From Octopus vulgaris (Eukaryota), in the NCBI GenBank assembly GCA_951406725.2, contig OX597822.1:49476001-49540000 (forward strand): a stretch of DNA of 64,000 nucleotides, given 5' to 3'. The translations under genes and the position numbers were made by a program. Below the pieces are notes generated by a model. It saw nothing but the letters and a program-made list of their open reading frames with translations. It did no database searches and had not been told where the DNA came from. Positions 26,185 through 40,625 of the stretch are shown piece by piece (within the stretch, counting starts at the first letter, position 1; each line of letters starts with the position of its first letter).

Positions 26185-28019
26185 ACACGCACACACACGC
26201 ATACACACACACACACACACGCACATCCACACATATATTTCATTAAAACTTCAGCAGAATATTCAGTTCAATTTTCACTCATGTCTGGCCATTTTGCTGA
26301 TGATTATTTGATATTATATTTAATTCACAAAATTAAAGGCAAATTCCATTATATTGTGATGAATATCTCTTGCATCACTGGAACTGAGGAATCATCATTA
26401 CACATTCTTGTTGTTGCTTACTTAAATCGAATTTTTGTTGATAATCAAATATATAGTTATATTCCACGAAATAATTTTCCATATTCACTTTCTATCAAAT
26501 ATATTTAGCCAACAATTAGCTCTACACTTTAAAAATTACTTTTCCTATACAAATAGTTTATGTGTAGAACTATCTGAAGATATTGCATTTTAATTGCAAT
26601 TAAAATATTTCGTTCCATATCTTCGTCTTTCTTAATATAGTCCTCTAATTATATATGTCACATCCACTGTCTCTACATTTTTCTCACTCGTTTCTCTGTC
26701 GCTACGTACACCATATATAATGATTAACTGCTGTTATTCTTGTCTGGCTGAAATAAGTTTTACATTTCTTTGTAATTAAATATGTAGATACTAACTGAAA
26801 TGGTGGAATAAACAAGCTAAAGTAACAGATGTAGTGTTCTGTTTGTGTACCATTCCAATTCTTGGGTGGAAGTTACAATCGGTCCATATTTCGACACTTT
26901 CTCATCAGACTAGTAAAGCATGGAAGAATATTATGCGCACCACTCTTTTTCGCCTGACTAAGCAATACAGATCATGAAAATGTGTCAGAAGCTGTTGAGA
27001 GGGGCTGTTATGTAGAAAGAGCAGAGAAATCTTCAAAAGAGATGCTATTTATTAAAATCAAAATACGTCCATGTTTTATAATGTTATTCTAAATAGACTG
27101 TGTCTATCTATCTAGCTGTCTTGTATATGCTTGTTTGTCTCTGTCTAATTTCAAAAATTTAATCCTGTCAATATATCCATTTAATACTTAATTTGAAGAA
27201 TAGATGTAATAATATTCTCATACCTTAAATTCAGTCGTATGATTTAAAGCAATATGTATGAAGTGAACTACCAGGAACATCATGTTATAAATATTAAGTG
27301 GTTTTATAGAAAGTTATTTGAAAGGAGGAAATCTTAGACATGTTAATATATATATGACGCGGAACTAAAGTGACATGTAGAAAAGATAAGAATGTTGACG
27401 AATAAATGCAAAATATATAATATAATATTTGATATGGAAATAAAATTATCAGCTACGGTAACACAAATACTGTAGCTCATGATTCTATAACAAAAGAGAT
27501 TGGCATTTATACATTATGTTTGGCCAGTGGATATGTTGCAATCATTTGAAAAATGAACGACGCCAGAAGAATAATGAGAATGGGAAGAGCATTAGTGATA
27601 GTATTGTGAGCAAAGTGCTTCAAATTTGAGGTTTTCACATTCACAACACTACAATAAACCCATTATCATTGGTTTACATGGATAAAAGGCAGGGGCGCGG
27701 AAAAATGAATTTTAACCAGATAAAAGAAGTTGTAATTTCCAACAAAATTCGTGCCGAAAGGAATCGAAGAAGTAGTTCGGTTTGACAAAATAAGTTACAA
27801 GTTAGATAATTCAAAAGAAAATAGGTATGATTTGTTAAACAGAATTCAAGAAACTATGGTGTTTGAACAGTAGTTTTAGAGTTACTATATCAGTAAATGG
27901 AGAAACAGAAGGACCATAACACATTTTCGGACCATCAATAAGCAAACTCCTTTCCTTTAAGTGAGAGCAGATTAAAGAATATATTAAATAAAGACAAGTG
28001 TATACTATTATTTCAAATT

Positions 28020-28215
28020 TTAGCACAAGACCTGCAATTTCGGGGTAGAGGATAATTCGATTACATCGACCTCAGTGTTGATCAGGTACTTATTTTGACG
28101 TCCTCGAAAAGATGAAAGTCGGAATCGACCTCGGCACAGGTTGAACTCAGAACGTAAAGACGGCAAATTGCCACCAAGCATTTTCCCTGGCGTGCTAAAG
28201 AGTTTGCCATCTCTC
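28020..28215 (-). mobile_element. SINE family A, diverged
   Basis: Reverse complement of the family A core and B-box (gaactcagaacgtaa). Confidence 0.8.
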
Positions 28216-29567
28216 TGCATTAGACAGTATACAATATTGAGAGTTTGAAGACTGCAGGGAATGAGACAAACACATATTTGTAGTCTAATACATAATTTTC
28301 TCATTCTAACTGTTCAATCATTGAAAGAGAACTCTGATCTGTCGTTGTAAATATATATATTTCTAAACGTTCTTCTATAATAGAGGAGGATCAAGAAATG
28401 AAATGTTTACATAAGCCCAGAATGAAAGTGAAAGCGATTATTCCCTTCAGTATATCTGAGACAGTCATGAAATGTCAATGCATCTAGAAAATTATCGTTT
28501 CGACTCCTACCTTTTGTTCCTGGCCCAGTTAATATTCAGGTGGTTAGGTACACATTGATGCATTGAAGTACCAGTTCGTCAGAACACGCGCATCAAAATA
28601 GATAACTTGTATTCTCTTTTGAATAGATTTCACCTGCAGAGGATCGCTATGGCTAATTTAGCTAAGATATGAAGATATAATGTCTAGCAGTGCCCAACCA
28701 TATCAGAAATAGAAATGGTAAACAAACAGAGCTTTATATCTGTAACAAGAGAATACGTCAGATTATTTATTGGCCCATTTTACTTTGTTTCTAAATATAT
28801 AATAACAAAAATAAACTAGCAAAAAAATTGCAAAAATATAATTTCAGCGAGACAAAAATAAAACCAGTTAGTCATTATATATATGTCCTTACGTAGAGAT
28901 TGAGAAAAAAGAGAGCAAATATAAAAACTGCGAAAGTTTGTGGTATACGATTAGAGGACTATATTTTGACCTAAGGGTACCGATATACCAGATTCATTAA
29001 TTTAATTTCGCTGCATAAAATACCTCGGATAAACATCCCGATTTACTAGTCTTTTTCTTGTATAATCATAGATTAAAAAAAAAAGCAACGGAGTTATGAA
29101 TTCGCATAACAGAATATTGTACTGCGTGAAAAGTAGATCAATAGTTATTATTTTACGCATAAATTAGAGAATTATGTCAGCGTTTTGTACATCCATGACT
29201 GACTTTATAAATAATTATGGGATATGTATGAATCTCACATTATATAAGAAATTTATACTTTGTAATATTTTATATTAACTAATATCACTCCTGTATTTTT
29301 AAAATCCATATACAATAGTATCGACCTAAATTTATTTATAAGTACGAATGTAATATACTTTTTTTGTAAAAACAGAGTAGATGGTGACAACTAACACTTG
29401 TCGCTTGTAATGTCTTTCCCCAGTTCTGATAGAGTTTAAACAAATATCTGACGGAGAATTATAACATAGCGAATTCAAACACCCAGTGTTCGGTAATGCT
29501 TTACTTTTACTAATTATTCCATTTTAGGATGTGACCAGCCGTTGTTGGTTTGTAATTATTTATATTA

Positions 29568-29800
29568 AAGGCGGCGAGCTGGCAGAAACGTTAGCGCGCC
29601 GGGCGAAATGCTTAGCGGTATTTCGTCTGTCGTTACGTTCTGAGTTCAAATTCCGCCGAGGTCGACTTTGCCTTTCATCCTTTCGGGGTCGATAAATAAA
29701 GTATCAGTTTCGCACTGGGATCGATGTAATCGACTTAATCACTTTGGCTGTCCTTGTTTGTCCCCTCTATGTTTAATCCCTTGTGGGCAGTAAAGAAATA
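29568..29800 (+). mobile_element. SINE family A, full length
   Basis: Closely similar to 6318-6552. Confidence 0.92.
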
Positions 29801-30156
29801 TATATATATTATTCTTCTGCTCATCGCCACGTCAGTCCTGACAGAACAAAAATATGATCAAATTTATACCATCCGTAACCATCCTCCTTTCGGGTATTCC
29901 GTACCTAGTCGATATTATCCAATATATCCTTCTTTCCGCAAATAGGTTTCTAATTCTAAGAAATCAAGCCGGGCATTAGAGTAAATTAAATGTGCACTAC
30001 TGTTAAATTGAACGTCCATTCACATTTAGCCTGGCGACTCACTGAAACTTTTCCTTATCCAAGCTGGATTGTTCTGATTGACAAATTTTCTCCTTTTGCT
30101 GAGAATTTTATACACTTCTCGCTATACGCGATGCAAGTTGCATTCTCTCTCTCTCT

Positions 30157-30197
<41 letters not shown>

Positions 30198-30244
30198 GGC
30201 CTATGGACGCTGGTATTGAGATACAGACCGCTAAATATTCGGCC

Positions 30245-31190
30245 GGCATCCCTCCGCTTTTGGTTGTCTCGAACACGTAAGCCATAAAGATATTAAAATA
30301 TTTATTCATTTTAGCTGATATAGCCGTCTCATCCAAAAATAATACGCTAAAGTACCCACTTACAATTGTTTAACAAATGTCAATATCGGTGAAATCTTTT
30401 CTGTGTTAAATGTTAAGACACTATTACATTGCGAAACTAACACTTAAACAGGTGCTTACGGTTTTCATTAGGAATAAAATGCTGCAATGAAATTATACTC
30501 AAGTTATGGATTAAATATAGGATATCAATATATGGTGAAAGAAGTCTCTGTAAAAAATCAAATTGAGCATGATTTGTACAAAGAAAAATCTAGTAGCAAT
30601 ATAAATGGAAATCAAAACATATAAAAAGAAAAAAAAAAGAATTCGTATACTTGAGGAGACATTTATGCCAAATGAGGCAAATATTAAGATAAACGTGTTA
30701 ATATACAATTCTAATTGCTGATGATGAATTATATACATGAACGTGAAATTCCCAAGAATACAGAAGGGCATACAAAAGGACATAATTCACGTACTTTAAT
30801 GAAATGTATACCAACCTACCTACGTACATATATATATACATATATATATATATATACATATATATATACATATATATATACATATATATATATATAAACT
30901 TTTTTGAATGCATAATATTCAATGTGACAATTATGTAAAAAACTTTTTTTGAACCCATAATATCCAATGTGACAATTATGTAAAAAACTTTTTTGAATGC
31001 ATAATATTCAATGTGACAATTATGTAAAAAACTTTTTTTGAACCCATATTATTCAATGTTTCCTTAAATGTAACTTTTGACAATCTTTTACCAAAGAGTG
31101 AAACCGGTTAAGTAAATAAACATCGTTTAAATTGCATTTTCAAACCTTTTTTCTTATATAATCCCACTCGTGCGATACCCCACAACTCAA

Positions 31191-31197
<7 letters not shown>
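30245..31197 (+). mobile_element. Penelope-like element 3' part with U3-A8 hammerhead remnant, between (TA)n tracts
   Basis: PTYNCLTNVNIGEIFSVL (PPY..TNIG motif) and CTKKNLV; actt-TTGACAA-tcttt..aaaga-gt-GAAAC-cg-GTT-aagt at 31073-31113, then AATAAA. Confidence 0.6.
30896..31059. repeat. ~45-bp tandem repeat, about 3.7 copies, alternating A-B-A-B
   Basis: Units of aacttttttgaa(tgc/ccc)ataatat(t/c)caatgtgacaattatgtaaaa. Confidence 0.9.
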
Positions 31198-31242
<45 letters not shown>

Positions 31243-32440
31243 ATACAAACACCCACACATATCTAAAGTGCATAGATATTTGTGAATATGTAATGTGAGG
31301 ATAGTGAAACATACATCACTCTATGCTATAAATGATGCAAATATTATCTAAGATTGAACTCAGTAACTGGAGCAGAGTGGAGAAAATTGATTTACTATAT
31401 GAAAAAGTGATCGTTTTTTTCGAGTTTTGCCTAGCAGATGACCACCGGACGAAGGCTGGTATAAATTTTACATGTTGAAAGACTCAAAAATAGCAACCCT
31501 ATTATTAATGAAAACTTGGCTGAAACTGTGAATACATCTTGTCAACATTCAATATATGTTGGACTCACATTATTTCGTTTAGATAAATGTACTGCCATAC
31601 AGAGATACAAATTCTTTTTTGGGTTCTTGTTGAGGTGTTTGCAGCAAATCAATTTTGACACAGAACCCCTTTGAAAGGACTTGTTCCAGCTATGGTCATC
31701 CTTTCTGTTCTCATTTACCCTATATATACTACTGCATCCAACCACCGCTTAGATACCATTATTTTACAAATGGTAGGACGGTATTAATAGAAAACTTGGT
31801 TGCTATTTCTAGGAAATCGAGCGACCATCAAATGGCTTCTTCTTTGAATCAAAAGAGAAAGAATTTAACTATAAGGAAAATGCTTCAGTCTTAGAAGACT
31901 CGTTTATGAATATTAAATATTATAGCATTTGTGTAACTCATAAAATGTCTGTGTCGCAATGTATTCTGCCCTAATACATTTTACTTCACAAAAGGCTGTG
32001 TATGCATAATAAAGATCAGGAAATAGTAGAAAGTCTATTTTATATTTTCAAATATTCTTTTGAGTTGAATATAAATTGCTTGTCATATCTAAATATTCTA
32101 GATATATCGTCTGCAAAATATATTACATTTGCAGTTGATTAATGCTTTCTTTAAGATGTGGATGGCGTTAATATTGCATTAGAGTTATAATACTATTGAT
32201 TTCGAAGTGGGGCATAAGGCCACACTATTATAAAGTCAAATTTATCAATAATTTCTCTATGAAGCAGTGAATTTAAAATGCAGATGTTTCTCACAAACAT
32301 TGCTATTTGCATGTATGCGTGCATGCATGCAGCTGCCTGTATGTCTGTCTGTATATATATGTATGTATAAATGTATGTATGTATGTATGCATGTATACAT
32401 GCATGATTGTATGCTTGAATCTAACTATGTTTCTATATAT

Positions 32441-32488
<48 letters not shown>

Positions 32489-32513
32489 AAGTCAAATTGC
32501 GATAAAATAAAAA

Positions 32514-32559
<46 letters not shown>

Positions 32560-32855
32560 TATTTCTATCTATACATCGATATTTATGTATATTTGTTACA
32601 GATATCAATCTAAATATGTACATTCTTATTAACTTGCGCGCCTCTCTCTCTCTCTGTATGTGGTATGTGCATATGTGCAGACACACACATGTTAGTATGT
32701 ATGTATAATTCCTTAGTGGAATTGGATCTCGAAGTTTATATGAAGCTATAAATGATGGCTTTAAATAACGCCAACAACACTATGCAGTTATTCCTATCAC
32801 CTATCTATCAATCTATCTGTCTATCTACATACAGATACACACACAATCATATATT

Positions 32856-32898
<43 letters not shown>

Positions 32899-32972
32899 TT
32901 GTGTGTGTATGTGTTTGTGTATATATGCATGTGTAAGTATGTATATATATATTTATATATATGTATGTGTAA

Positions 32973-33042
<70 letters not shown>

Positions 33043-33458
33043 AGAATACTGTTTTTAAATATTTAACATGCTGTCAAGATATCGGTGAGCTTATAAGCAA
33101 CATGATTAACTGTTCTCCGCTTTAGTCTTTATATTCATCACGTATCTGTTTAAAACCATTATATCATATTTTTGATATTACATTCAAAATAATATAAATC
33201 ATTACTATTTATTTTACGGGCGTATACGTTTGTATGATTAGCTGGTTGATCCGTAATCATGTGGCTCAGATTCGATGACAAATGAGTCGCATAGTGTTTG
33301 TGTAACTTCTATCCTTACGTCAGATTAATCAGTGGTACTTTGTGGAAGCAACACAACATGATATATGGAAGCGCCGCTCTGCTGAAATCTTCTCTTAGGT
33401 ATTTTTTAATATGTTGGCCATTGATAGAATTCTTTTCGAAAAAATTTATCCTACATTA

Positions 33459-33526
<68 letters not shown>

Positions 33527-33730
33527 AAGTAGATAAATGAATTATCTTATTACGGATTATTCAAATGATAAACGATACCTGGGTAGCAAAAATCACAACA
33601 GAAAAAGCACGGTTGAGGTTCCGACCATGGGGTCTAAAATCCGTGCCTTAGTGCGGAAATTTGAAGTTTTATATATTTAGTGTAGGAAGAAATGGAGCTG
33701 AACGAAGACTTAACAAAATTCCTTTTTATT

Positions 33731-33815
33731 ATTTTCTACATATGTTTCAAAGCTGCAAAGTCCCTAATTCGGATTGAATAAGGAGTCCATTTTGCAGCCT
33801 TCTCTTCAGGAAAAT
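33731..33815 (-). ncRNA. Type I hammerhead ribozyme (mirror copy)
   Basis: Reverse complement of 33955-34039. Confidence 0.8.
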
Positions 33816-33954
33816 CCAGGAACTTAATTCTCCAACAAAATGCACAGCAAGCTTTTCGACAAACGCTCACGAGGAGCCCATGGAATAAATGGGCTCCTCG
33901 TGAGCGTTTGTCGAAAAGTTTGCTGTGCATTTTGTTGGAGAATTAAGTTCCTGG

Positions 33955-34039
33955 ATTTTCCTGAAGAGAAGGCTGCAAAATGGACTCCTTATTCAATCCG
34001 AATTAGGGACTTTGCAGCTTTGAAACATATGTAGAAAAT
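33955..34039 (+). ncRNA. Type I hammerhead ribozyme, PLE-type
   Basis: Stem I attttc/gaaaat; core CTGAAGA; stem II aaggctgcaaa/tttgcagcttt; GAAA; minimal palindromic stem III CATATG; GUA cleavage triplet ending at 34033. Confidence 0.85.
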
Positions 34040-34090
34040 AATAAAAAGGAATTTTGTTAAGTCTTCGTTCAGCTCCATTTCTTCCTACAC

Positions 34091-34143
<53 letters not shown>

Positions 34144-34155
34144 GAAGAGAAAAAG

Positions 34156-34206
<51 letters not shown>

Positions 34207-35271
34207 TGTATGTATGTATGTATGTATGTATGTATGTGTGTATGTATACAAACACACACATGTATTTGAAGATAATAAGTAACGTGATGAAAGGAAAAGT
34301 CAAAAGGGTATTACAATTGTTCCTGTGAACGGGATACATTTGGCCGAAAGAACAAGAATCCTGAAGACGCGCCACACCCAGGGATTTTCTTAAACTCCAA
34401 CACAAAATATTTAATCGATGCACTCAATAGAGGAAATTCGTGTTGCAAACATAGAATTCCTCGTTTGTCCACCAAAGAGAAATAATCGTCCATATGTTGG
34501 ACCTCTTTAGACCCAATTGACACTGATCTAAGGGGTGGGGGTGGGGGTAAACTCCATATCGTTCAGAAGCATTATTGTATAGTAGAAATTCGTTTTGTTT
34601 ACAATCCTGACAATGGCTTTATCTGACCTCCAGTTGTGGAAAGGTCATGTGCACCCGGCCAATACCGATTTCTAGATACGAAACTGATGGTCACTCACTA
34701 TCCGGCCATAACGAACATCATTTTAAGTACATTCATATGTGTGTGTTTGCATGTGTGTGTGTGTATTTGTGGGGGTGTTTATGTATCTTTCTATGGTTAT
34801 ATATATGTTTATACGTGTGTGTGTATGTGTGTATGTGTGTGTATGTATATGTGTGTTTGTGTTTGATTTGTATATTACAACGTAAATGAAATAAATAGCA
34901 AACATCGTTTGAAAATCCTTTGAAGGCGTTACTGTTATTTCTTTACATTCCAAGAAAAACGAAACCAATAAACCAATAAATATATATTCAGTTTATTTTT
35001 CTGTTTCCTCCGATATTTGATTCATGGCCCCAAAGCATTATAACTTAAGGTCTTTGTATATTTGATTGAGTCCTTGTCATCATTTTATTCCTATCTATCA
35101 CAGAATGTTATATGGAAGTATATCAAACTAATGGCATCCTGTACACACGACAGTTTTAGCCTCCACGTTAGATACAGTAGTCTTTGGGAATACCGCTAAA
35201 ATGTCGGAGCGTAAACACTTCCTTTAAATTTATTGAAGATGGATTCGCATGTATGTATGTATGTATGTATG

Positions 35272-36430
35272 CCATTATTCAGCTTCATTTCGCGATTTCT
35301 TGCCAATAAAGAAATAATTGGTTTCTAACCTAGATCCAAGGCGTCTTGATTGGAATTTCAACATCAACAACAAGGAATTTTTGTATGTATGTATGTACAC
35401 ATGTAGATCTGTATGTCTTGTTCCCGATATGTCTTCTCATGCATATACTCGCGAAGCTAGACATGCTCATATATACGTAAATGATAAACTCCTGGAAAGT
35501 TTTACAGATTTTTACAGTTCCTGTGATAGATTGGATCTGTAGTCTTCGAAGCCGCTTTCTCCTTTTTGGTTTTGAGAAGCTAGTCTTTCACGACTAATAT
35601 TTAGGCAGTGCGTTACATATCCCAGTGCCCCAATAATTACAGGTATTAAACTTAACGTCTGGCCTGAATAGAGTAATGGCAGATTTCTCAATAGTTCAGC
35701 GTAGGTATTCCCTTTTTCACTGATCTTCAGCTTTATCTTGACATCCGCTGGGCAGCTGATTTCCACAACTGTACATAGTTTTTCTTCTCTATCCCAAGTC
35801 ATTTTATCAGGCCTATTGTGTTTACATTTTATTGCGTTCCTCACTGGGACATTCCACCAGTATTCCTTTTTAACATGAGTGGCTATGGCTTCCACCATAC
35901 TGTGAGTTCTTATTAGTTTGTCCTCGGGGTTATCCTTTGGATCTCGTTATACAGTGTCCTAACTACAATATCATGTCTCAGCGGTAAGTAATACTGTGAT
36001 GACATTTTCAGACAACTGCTTATGCTGTAGTTGATATCTTCGGTGTTAACTCCACAAAGTCTGCATCGGTTGTAACATTTTATTCCCTTTCCCGCATATC
36101 TGTCCTTTTTGTGTGTCAGGTATTTGATTGATATATATATATAGTTCCTGCATTGCAAACGCATACACTTCAGAGCGAGAGGTAGTAAACCTGTTGTTGC
36201 TCCATAATAGACTGCTTTGGTGCTCAATGTTACTATCACCTCTGAACTTTCTACTAATATAACCATGCATGATCTTCTGCTGATATACGCTCATCCTTTC
36301 CTCCGATGATACTTTGCGGTAGAGTCGTGCGACGTGTTTGGCCATGCCTTTAAGGTTATCGAACAAGGAATGCTGCACAAGGAACTGCCTTCCAAGTCTT
36401 ATGATGTTATCAACCTCATGTATGCAAACT

Positions 36431-36431
<1 letters not shown>
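35272..36431 (-). mobile_element. R4/Dong-like RLE non-LTR element 3' part, same family as 7672-9730
   Basis: CRLCGVNTEDINYSISSC..YYLPLRHD, HNRPDKMTWD..VVEISCP and IPVIIGALG; shares the 3' UTR; (TATG)n on both flanks. Confidence 0.88.
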
Positions 36432-36462
<31 letters not shown>

Positions 36463-36630
36463 TGTATGTATGTATGTATGTATGTATGTATGTATGTATG
36501 TATGCATGCATGTATGTATGTATGTATGTATGTATATATGTATGCATGCACGTATGATTGTACGTATGCATGTGAGTATACCTATATAATATACTTATGC
36601 ATGTTTATATATACATACATATCAGTTTGC

Positions 36631-36665
<35 letters not shown>

Positions 36666-36760
36666 TAAAAATGATTTCTAATAAAGATTCATCATATTCA
36701 TAAAAGTCAGTCAGAGTAAGTAATAATATACGAAAATACTAGTTGAAAACTTTCGTTATT

Positions 36761-36926
36761 GGTATAAATATACCATAAACAAGTATTAAAAAATGGAGGA
36801 AAAAATGATGTTGAATCAAAATTAGATTTAATACAAAAGTGAATCCAATTTTGTATTAAATCTAATTTTGATTGAACATCTTTTTGTCCTCCATTTTTTA
36901 ATACTTGTTTATGGTATATTTATACC
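36761..36926. repeat. Fold-back palindrome; ~78-bp arms, 10-nt spacer
   Basis: ggtataaatataccataaacaag...atacaaaa pairs with ttttgtat...tatttatacc; carries the aaaatggag motif. Confidence 0.9.
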
Positions 36927-39445
36927 TATATGAAAATATGTCGAGTATTGACTTTATTGAATTTATTACGCATGCTAGCCACCGGTATGAACATTTTTCT
37001 TAATTTTCTACCCTTATTATTTTCACAGTAAAATTTTCGTAGTTTCGAAGACTTGCTGGGACGCAGTTGTTATTTTCTAATTATTATTTACTGCCGGATG
37101 TAACAATGTCTGCGCGGTGGATTTGAAAATAGTATATGTATGTAGCCCGTGTATTTTCGGTGCTATTTGCTGCATAAATAAGCATTAATTTTAGTGCCCT
37201 CACTGAGGAAGTACGGTAGGCAAAATATTTTATTTTGTGCATTGATACAGAAACTCGAGACTCAGGGTAACTACAAACATATTTTTTTATTTTCATTCCC
37301 TTTGAAATTGCTCTTATTCGTGGTTTGGGCTTTATCTGCCCTTTCTAGCATGTAAGGGGCCCTGTTAAAGGTCACCTTTTTCGTGTATACACACGTAAAT
37401 TGTTTGTACACTATTATACATACATTACATATACATACATATATATGCATATATATATATATATATATATATATACGTCCACACATATCTGCACGTATAC
37501 CTATATATACTTACACACACATGTAAAGACACTCACGCACACACACATACGCACACACATGTATTTCGATGAAACTTCCCTAGCAACTCTTTAGTTTTAA
37601 GATTTCATTTATCTCTTCCCTATTCACTGACAAGTTTTATAAGATTTTACAAGATTTTACATTATGTTATATAAAATATTTCAGGTAAAAAATTAAGTTT
37701 TCCATAGCTATTGTAATAGGAGGAAATTGGAAATGGAAATATGCATTTGTACATTAATAGGTATAGGGGCTTTTAGATTTAATATGTATCCCTCTGACTG
37801 TCTCTCTTCGTCTGTCTTTATAGATCTGTTTATCTATTTGCCTACACATACGCGCTCACACACACACACACACAAAGAGACGCATACCTACACCTATATT
37901 TGTCGTCTGAAGCATCGCATCGACAGAAATATTCTGTTGTGTCGACGGAGTGAAGCCCAAACATGAAAAGATTGAGCTTTCGTATTTTATTCTAAATGTG
38001 TAAGTCAGTACATTACCTAAACATGCAATCACAAATACAAAACAACCAACCAAATATTGTGTGTATAAATATAAAATATTTCCCTGTATGCCACCACTTC
38101 ATACACAGACATCCAACTCATTATGTATATACCCCAGAATATATACACAAAACTTCACGCACAGAGGTACATGAATTCCATCATATCTCTGTGTGATTTT
38201 AACTGAATAGCTTCCTTTGTCCATATAATAATATAAATGTATATATATAAATATACTTCACGTTCTTTATCTTACAGAGAGAAAACTGCCTGTCATTAAG
38301 AAAAGTTGTACCTTTAATACTTTAATATGAACTGTATTTTGAGTAACAGAAAATTCCAGTATATATATATATGTATGTGTGTATGTGTGTATGTGTGTGT
38401 GTGAGAGTATGTGTGTGTATAAATATTTATATCAATATGTATATATTCACCTATTTGTATGTGTGCGTCGGGGAATAGACGTACGCATAATATATTCGTA
38501 TATATTATATATACTGAAACACACACATAGATAACTGTTGAATCTTTGCTAACTTTACTTAGAACACACTACAGATCAGAAATACTACAATATCATTGTA
38601 TTGGAAGACATATTATTTTTTTCCAAATAGTAAGTAATATATTGTAAAAAGAGAAACTACTGCACAACCAAATAGTCTACAAAGCTCAGTAGCTGTAGTT
38701 AGGAAATATTCTAAAAATGGACAGATAAATATAGCTTATTATGATATATAAGGCATGATTAAGTGCTTGTGACCTGATAAACGGAACAATATCTATAAGG
38801 AATATGGTTTCCAAAAATAAAATTGCAGCATCTTTTGATCGAAACAACTTGAGACATCAATAACATGAAAATTTTCTAAGTTTAGCTGAAGATTTTTGTA
38901 AAGTATGAATACGGCATGTGGCTGATTTGTTAAGATTCGGGTTTCTATTTCATCGGTGGCAACATGCTGCACTGATCAATTACTTCGATACATATTTTTA
39001 GGATTTAGTCCATCTAACTATAAATTTAGTAACATTAGAATATACATTTTTTCTTCCTTAATGCGTTGTTGATACAAATTGGCCAACTAGTGTTTCATTG
39101 CAGTACATCATTAGTTTCGACATAAAGTTCAATAACCGTATGTGGCCAGAATATATATTTAATAAAATAGAAAAATTTCAAGGGTTTCTTATAGTCAACC
39201 AACATAAAGGATGATTTATTCATTAATGTATTACAGAGTCTTAAATTTTGAATTTAATTAGTCATTATTGCAAATGTTAAGTAATTTTTAGTATATTAGA
39301 AGTCATTTGATAAGTCAGGTTATGGGATTTCAGCATGTCGTTGCTGGCTCTTTCATGTTCGCTGATAAGACTACCTGCCCTATAAACTGGGACCGAGAGC
39401 TGTAGGACACACACAGACACATACACACACACACATACACACACA

Positions 39446-39499
<54 letters not shown>

Positions 39500-39822
39500 A
39501 GCGCACACACACAGCGTCCAAATATACCACTTCCGGAATTCCAAGTAAAAACACAATATTCAACGAGTCTAATATTTAGTGATCCTCAATTGCTTACCTA
39601 AAGAAAACAAATATAAAAGGGAAATTTACTGAAATATTAAAACGAAAGCCATTGCATAAAATCCTAACGACGGTAACGAACGAGGCGTGCATTCAAGGTT
39701 TGACTTAGGGAAGATCAGCTGCTAATCAGTGCTCCACCAAAATTGCAGTCCTACAACAAAAACCAATAAAAGAACAAAAATAATTATACATATATATCTA
39801 CACACACACACACACACTCACA

Positions 39823-40092
39823 CAAGGGGCAGTGAACAAACTGTCGTCTAAATTAGGCAAAAATGAAAATAACACAAACATCTAATTTTAACAGATATAT
39901 TTACCAAAATTACATAAAAATATCTTGAAATGCTAAGGAGAAATTTTATTCAATAAACCCACCATTGGCTTCACCCACGCCCTCCAGACGACTTCGAAAT
40001 CTCCTGCAACTCTTCTTGAAGGTCTTTTCGCTTAAGCTGTACCCCACAGGTAATAATCAAGGGGATTGCAGTCTGGGGAGTTAGGTGGCTAG
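39823..40092 (-). mobile_element. Tc1/mariner-superfamily (DDxD, maT-like) 3' fragment
   Basis: Minus strand *PPNSPDCNPLDYYLWG; TIR-like caaggggcagtgaacaaa at 39823. Confidence 0.7.
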
Positions 40093-40140
40093 ACATTATA
40101 CACACACACACACACATACATATACACACCCATATATACA

Positions 40141-40171
<31 letters not shown>

Positions 40172-40504
40172 TTATATATATATGTGTGTGTGTGTGTGTG
40201 TTTGTATATATATATATATATATATATATACAAAATATTTATACATGTGTATACGAACATATTATTTGAAAATATATTTTTTTTATTATGGACTTCCTTT
40301 AACACATTTGAATTTCTACTTGGCTCACTTTACATGTTGGAATATCTCGACAACTTCATTTGCTATTTGTGTGTGAGTGTGATATAACCTATCCAAACAT
40401 TTTCATTGCTTTCTTAATACTTTATTTTCTTCCTGCTTCTTCTGTTCTTTTAAGCCTGTTGCAAATGCTCGCTATTATTATTATTAATATAGCTTATGTC
40501 GTAA

Positions 40505-40625
40505 CGGGCAAAATGATTAGCAACATTTCGTTCGTCTTTACGTTCTGAGTTCAAAATCTGCCGAGATCAACTTTGCCTTTCATCCTCAGTTGAGCATTGG
40601 TGCCAGTCTAATCGACTTACCCACT
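40505..40625 (+). mobile_element. SINE family A fragment
   Basis: acgttctgagttcaaa and ctttgcctttcatcc. Confidence 0.8.

Larger units (their letters stand above)
33670..34100. repeat. Fold-back palindrome of a PLE pLTR; ~212-bp arms, 7-nt spacer
   Basis: 33670-33881 pairs with 33889-34100; the spacer is ggaataa; only one mismatch was spotted. Mirror ORFs 33736(-) and 33840(+) confirm the symmetry. Confidence 0.97.

Noticed and set aside
33736-34034. Two near-identical 64-aa ORFs on opposite strands
   Set aside because: A by-product of the palindrome; no protein similarity recognised.
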